Assembly (NCBI GenBank): GCA_048772705.1
Contig: JBLWGC010000213.1
Location: 401,952 to 465,951, forward strand
DNA from: Leidyana gryllorum EB-2025a
Taxonomy: Eukaryota; Protista; Apicomplexa
Length of the DNA: 64,000 nt
Direction of reading: 5' to 3'
The position numbers were made by a program, and so were the translations under genes. The notes beneath the pieces are model-generated. The model saw only the letters and a program-made list of their open reading frames with translations. It did not search any database and was not told the DNA's origin. Positions 63,101-64,000 of this stretch are shown here, one piece after another; within the stretch, counting starts at the first letter, position 1, and every line of letters starts with the position of its first letter.

Positions 63101-64000
63101 CTCAGTAGACGGGCCAGTGTACGGAGCGGTAGTGGATGCCTCAGTAGACGGGCCAGTGTACGGAGCGGTAGTGGAAGCTTCGGTAGACGGGCCAGTGTAC
63201 GGAGCAGTAGTGGAAGCTTCAGTAGACGGGCCAGTGTACGGAGCGGTAGTGGAAGCTTCGGTAGACGGACCAGTGTACGGAGCGGTAGTGGAAGCTTCGG
63301 TAGACGGGCCAGTGTACGGAGCGGTAGTGGAAGCTTCGGTAGACGGGCCAGTGTACGGAGCGGTAGTGGAAGCCTCAGTAGACGGGCCAGTGTACGGAGC
63401 GGTAGTGGAAGCTTCGGTAGACGGGCCAGTGTACGGAGCGGTAGTGGAAGCTTCGGTAGACGGGCCAGTGTACGGAGCGGTAGTGGAAGCTTCGGTAGAC
63501 GGGCCAGTGTACGGAGCGGTAGTGGAAGCTTCAGTAGACGGGCCAGTGTACGGAGCGGTAGTGGAAGCCTCGGTAGACGGACCAGTGTACGGAGCGGTAG
63601 TGGAAGCTTCGGTAGACGGGCCAGTGTACGGAGCGGTAGTGGAAGCTTCGGTAGACGGGCCAGTGTACGGAGCGGTAGTGGAAGCTTCGGTAGACGGGCC
63701 AGTGTACGGAGCGGTAGTGGAAGCTTCGGTAGACGGGCCAGTGTACGGAGCGGTAGTGGAAGCTTCGGTAGACGGACCAGTGTACGGAGCGGTAGTGGAA
63801 GCTTCAGTAGACGGACCAGTGTACGGAGCGGTAGTGGAAGCTTCAGTAGACGGGCCAGTGTACGGAGCGGTAGTGGAAGCTTCGGTAGACGGGCCAGTGT
63901 ACGGAGCGGTAGTGGAAGCTTCGGTAGACGGGCCAGTGTACGGAGCGGTAGTGGAAGCTTCGGTAGACGGGCCAGTGTACGGAGCGGTAGTGGAAGCTTC
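48113..64000 (-). CDS. Giant mucin-like type I membrane protein (5' end outside window, at least 5,295 aa)
   Basis: Minus frame is open from 64000 to the stop at 48113 (15,888 nt). It carries a T/S/P-rich tandem repeat, a unique S/T-rich stalk, a hydrophobic anchor LLIPILAATAGAVALVAASAAA and a short tail ending REVAQNAEIAMFA. Confidence 0.88.
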   Translation of the reverse strand, partial: EASTTAPYTGPSTEASTTAPYTGPSTEASTTAPYTGPSTEASTTAPYTGPSTEASTTAPYTGPSTEASTTAPYTGPSTEASTTAPYTGPSTEASTTAPYTGPSTEASTTAPYTGPSTEASTTAPYTGPSTEASTTAPYTGPSTEASTTAPYTGPSTEASTTAPYTGPSTEASTTAPYTGPSTEASTTAPYTGPSTEASTTAPYTGPSTEASTTAPYTGPSTEASTTAPYTGPSTEASTTAPYTGPSTEASTTAPYTGPSTEASTTAPYTGPSTEASTTAPYTGPSTEASTTAPYTGPSTEASTTTAPVVTVTPVGSEESSSTITYQTGTTPYTGPSTEASTTAPYTGPSTEASTTAPYTGPSTEASTTAPYTGPSTEASTTAPYTGPSTEASTTAPYTGPSTEASTTAPYTGPSTEASTTTPYTGPSTEASTTAPYTGPSTEASTTAPYTGPSTEASTTAPYTGPSTEASTTAPYTGPSTEASTTAPYTGPSTEASTTTPYTGPSTEASTTTPYTGPSTEASTTAPYTGPSTEASTTAPYTGPSTEASTTAPYTGPSTEASTTAPYTGPSTEASTTAPYTGPSTEASTTAPYTGPSTEASTTAPYTGPSTEASTTAPYTGPSTEASTTAPYTGPSTEASTTAPYTGPSTEASTTAPYTGPSTEASTTTPYTGPSTEASTTAPYTGPSTEASTTAPYTGPSTEASTTTPYTGPSTEASTTAPYTGPSTEASTTAPYTGPSTEASTTAPYTGPSTEASTTAPYTGPSTEASTTAPYTGPSTEASTTTPYTGPSTEASTTAPYTGPSTEASTTAPYTGPSTEASTTAPYTGPSTEASTTAPYTGPSTEASTTAPYTGPSTEASTTAPYTGPSTEASTTAPYTGPSTEASTTAPYTGPSTEASTTAPYTGPSTEASTTAPYTGPSTEASTTTPYTGPSTEASTTAPYTGPSTEASTTAPYTGPSTEASTTAPYTGPSTEASTTAPYTGPSTEASTTAPYTGPSTEASTTAPYTGPSTEASTTTPYTGPSTEASTTTPYTGPSTEASTTAPYTGPSTEASTTAPYTGPSTEASTTAPYTGPSTEASTTAPYTGPSTEASTTAPYTGPSTEASTTAPYTGPSTEASTTAPYTGPSTEASTTAPYTGPSTEASTTAPYTGPSTEASTTAPYTGPSTEASTTTPYTGPSTEASTTAPYTGPSTEASTTAPYTGPSTEASTTTPYTGPSTEASTTAPYTGPSTEASTTAPYTGPSTEASTTAPYTTAPYTGPSTEASTTTAPVVTVTPVGSEESSSTITYQTGTTPYTGPSTEASTTTPYTGPSTEASTTTPYTGPSTEASTTAPYTGPSTEASTTAPYTGPSTEASTTAPYTGPSTEASTTAPYTGPSTEASTTAPYTGPSTEASTTAPYTGPSTEASTTAPYTGPSTEASTTAPYTGPSTEASTTAPYTGPSTEASTTAPYTGPSTEASTTAPYTGPSTEASTTAPYTGPSTEASTTAPYTGPSTEASTTTPYTGPSTEASTTAPYTGPSTEASTTAPYTGPSTEASTTAPYTGPSTEASTTAPYTGPSTEASTTAPYTGPSTEASTTAPYTGPSTEASTTTPYTGPSTEASTTAPYTGPSTEASTTAPYTGPSTEASTTAPYTGPSTEASTTAPYTGPSTEASTTAPYTGPSTEASTTAPYTGPSTEASTTAPYTGPSTEASTTAPYTGPSTEASTTAPYTGPSTEASTTAPYTGPSTEASTTTPYTGPSTEASTTAPYTGPSTEASTTAPYTGPSTEASTTAPYTGPSTEASTTTPYTGPSTEASTTAPYTGPSTEASTTAPYTGPSTEASTTAPYTGPSTEASTTAPYTGPSTEASTTAPYTGPSTEASTTAPYTGPSTEASTTAPYTGPSTEASTTAPYTGPSTEASTTTPYTGPSTEASTTAPYTGPSTEASTTAPYTGPSTEASTTAPYTGPSTEASTTAPYTGPSTEASTTTPYTGPSTEASTTAPYTGPSTEASTTAPYTGPSTEASTTAPYTGPSTEASTTAPYTGPSTEASTTAPYTGPSTEASTTTPYTGPSTEASTTTPYTGPSTEASTTAPYTGPSTEASTTAPYTGPSTEASTTAPYTGPSTEASTTAPYTGPSTEASTTAPYTGPSTEASTTAPYTGPSTEASTTAPYTGPSTEASTTAPYTGPSTEASTTAPYTGPSTEASTTAPYTGPSTEASTTAPYTGPSTEASTTAPYTGPSTEASTTAPYTGPSTEASTTAPYTGPSTEASTTAPYTGPSTEASTTAPYTGPSTEASTTAPYTGPSTEASTTAPYTGPSTEASTTAPYTGPSTEASTTAPYTGPSTEASTTAPYTGPSTEASTTAPYTGPSTEASTTTPYTGPSTEASTTTPYTGPSTEASTTAPYTGPSTEASTTAPYTGPSTEASTTAPYTGPSTEASTTAPYTGPSTEASTTAPYTGPSTEASTTAPYTGPSTEASTTAPYTGPSTEASTTAPYTGPSTEASTTTPYTGPSTEASTTAPYTGPSTEASTTAPYTGPSTEASTTAPYTGPSTEASTTAPYTGPSTEASTTAPYTGPSTEASTTAPYTGPSTEASTTAPYTGPSTEASTTAPYTGPSTEASTTTPYTGPSTEASTTAPYTGPSTEASTTAPYTGPSTEASTTAPYTGPSTEASTTAPYTGPSTEASTTTPYTGPSTEASTTAPYTGPSTEASTTAPYTGPSTEASTTTPYTGPSTEASTTTPYTGPSTEASTTTPYTGPSTEASTTAPYTGPSTEASTTAPYTGPSTEASTTAPYTGPSTEASTTAPYTGPSTEASTTAPYTGPSTEASTTAPYTGPSTEASTTAPYTGPSTEASTTAPYTGPSTEASTTAPYTGPSTEASTTAPYTGPSTEASTTAPYTGPSTEASTTAPYTGPSTEASTTSPYTGPSTEASTTAPYTGPSTEASTTAPYTGPSTEASTTAPYTGPSTEASTTAPYTGPSTEASTTAPYTGPSTEASTTAPYTGPSTEASTTTPYTGPSTEASTTTPYTGPSTEASTTAPYTGPSTEASTTAPYTGPSTEASTTAPYTGPSTEASTTAPYTGPSTEASTTTPYTGPSTEASTTAPYTGPSTEASTTAPYTGPSTEASTTAPYTGPSTEASTTAPYTGPSTEASTTAPYTGPSTEASTTTPYTGPSTEASTTAPYTGPSTEASTTAPYTGPSTEASTTTPSTEASTTTPYTGPSTEASTTAPYTGPSTEASTTTPYTGPSTEASTTTPYTGPSTEASTTTPYTGPSTEASTTTPYTGPSTEASTTAPYTGPSTEASTTTPYTGPSTEASTTAPYTGPSTEASTTAPYTGPSTEASTTAPYTGPSTEASTTAPYTGPSTEASTTTPYTGPSTEASTTAPYTGPSTEASTTAPYTGPSTEASTTAPYTGPSTEASTTTPYTGPSTEASTTTPYTGPSTEASTTSPYTGPSTEASTTAPYTGPSTEASTTAPYTGPSTEASTTAPYTGPSTEASTTAPYTGPSTEASTTAPYTGPSTEASTTAPYTGPSTEASTTTPYTGPSTEASTTAPYTGPSTEASTTAPYTGPSTEASTTAPYTGPSTEASTTTPYTGQSTEASTTAPYTGPSTEASTTTPYTGPSTEASTTAPYTGPSTEASTTAPYTGPSTEASTTAPYTGPSTEASTTTPYTGPSTEASTTAPYTGPSTEASTTTPYTGPSTEASTTTPYTGPSTEASTTAPYTGPSTEASTTAPYTGPSTEASTTAPYTGPSTEASTTAPYTGPSTEASTTAPYTGPSTEASTTAPYTGPSTEASTTAPYTGPSTEASTTAPYTGPSTEASTTAPYTGPSTEASTTAPYTGPSTEASTTAPYTGPSTEASTTAPYTGPSTEASTTAPYTGPSTEASTTAPYTGPSTEASTTAPYTGPSTEASTTAPYTGPSTEASTTAPYTGPSTEASTTAPYTGPSTEASTTAPYTGPSTEASTTAPYTGPSTEASTTAPYTGPSTEASTTAPYTGPSTEASTTAPYTGPSTEASTTAPYTGPSTEASTTAPYTGPSTEASTTTPYTGPSTEASTTAPYTGPSTEASTTTPYTGPSTEASTTTAPVVTVTPVGSEESSSTITYQTGTTPYTGPSTEASTTAPYTGPSTEASTTAPYTGPSTEASTTAPYTGPSTEASTTAPYTGPSTEASTTAPYTGPSTEASTTAPYTGPSTEASTTTPYTGPSTEASTTAPYTGPSTEASTTAPYTGPSTEASTTAPYTGPSTEASTTAPYTGPSTEASTTAPYTGPSTEASTTTPYVQPTETTTTPYTGPSTEASTTAPYTGPSTEASTTAPYTGPSTEASTTAPYTGPSTEASTTAPYTGPSTEASTTAPYTGPSTEASTTTPYVQPTETTTTPYTGPSTEASTTTPYTGPSTEASTTTPYTGPSTEASTTTPYTGPSTEASTTAPYTGPSTEASTTAPYTGPSTEASTTAPYTGPSTEASTTAPYTGPSTEASTTTAPVVTVTPVGSEESSSTITYQTGTTPYTGPSTEASTTAPYTGPSTEASTTTPYTGPSTEASTTTPYTGPSTEASTTTPYTGPSTEASTTTPYTGPSTEASTTAPYTGPSTEASTTAPYTGPSTEASTTAPYTGPSTEASTTAPYTGPSTEASTTAPYTGPSTEASTTAPYTGPSTEASTTAPYTGPSTEASTTAPYTGPSTEASTTAPYTGPSTEASTTTPYTGPSTEASTTAPYTGPSTEASTTAPYTGPSTEASTTAPYTGPSTEASTTAPYTGPSTEASTTAPYTGPSTEASTTTPYTGPSTEASTTTPYTGPSTEASTTTPYTGPSTEASTTAPYTGPSTEASTTTPYTGPSTEASTTAPYTGPSTEASTTTPYTGPSTEASTTAPYTGPSTEASTTAPYTGPSTEASTTTPYTGPSTEASTTTPYTGPSTEASTTTPYTGPSTEASTTTPYTGPSTEASTTAPYTGPSTEASTTAPYTGPSTEASTTTPYTGPSTEASTTTPYVQPTETTTTPYTGPSTEASTTTPYTGPISEASTITAPVQPPETTTAIFSSPSTSRMSTTPYVQPTASTTTAGSTATDNTAASEPSSEATEIVVTHSTTSTPYVQPLKSSSIYTARTDDVSPTTPVAVTLESSSTFTWHSSVESSVSTMGVLDTTETEGVDTNETTLESGATELESTAPLSEEATTSAEEHSPDSSSQHTASQSSSTGFVIQPTKTSTEPRTRPPSMTLTTTSTRANQGPPTTSSTTTTAGTELLIPILAATAGAVALVAASAAASQMGLLPAPSAVATGTVSTAASEFAVPTREVAQNAEIAMFA
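48960..64000. repeat. Coding minisatellite, 39-bp unit (GTAGTGGAAGCTTCGGTAGACGGGCCAGTGTACGGAGCG), roughly 375-380 copies
   Basis: Directly visible tandem array. It is interrupted by four copies of a ~78-bp spacer (about 50517, 51710, 60119, 63017) and three YVQPTET variant units (about 49045, 50905, 51175). Confidence 0.98.

Noticed and set aside
48960-64000. CRISPR-like or telomeric/centromeric satellite interpretation of the 39-bp array
   Set aside because: There are no unique spacers between units and no cas genes, the context is eukaryotic, and unit length and indels are multiples of 3 within an ORF.

Overview
Eukaryotic, extremely gene-dense alveolate DNA, most likely an apicomplexan of the gregarine type. 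This is inferred from an alveolin gene, a TIP/ITFG1 gene, many ~40-55 nt GT-AG introns and intergenic gaps often under 40 bp. Bases 1-47,820 hold about 25 mostly spliced protein genes: a bacterial-type ornithine decarboxylase (partial), a secreted His1 LPMO (AA15-like), RPB12, a spliced 57-aa membrane microprotein, ALG13, aspartate aminotransferase, VPS52, SmE, alveolin, CDC73, eIF3f, TFIIE-alpha, TIP/ITFG1, p24/GOLD, myosin, a SMARCAD1-like SNF2, a BI-1/lifeguard protein, RPS3A, a Josephin-UIM-UBX protein, an aspartic protease, ERD2, BolA and several hypotheticals. Bases 48,113-64,000 are the 3' part of one minus-strand ORF, open for 5,295 sense codons within the window. It encodes a membrane-anchored mucin built from roughly 375-380 copies of a 39-bp repeat (TTAPYTGPSTEAS). 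The best leads are the secreted copper LPMO with a His-rich tail, the Pseudomonas-like ODC with a spliceosomal intron in its leader, the giant mucin, and near-zero intergenic spacing with A/T tracts before start codons. Exon structures were assembled by eye and family calls rest on remembered motifs; no database searches were run.
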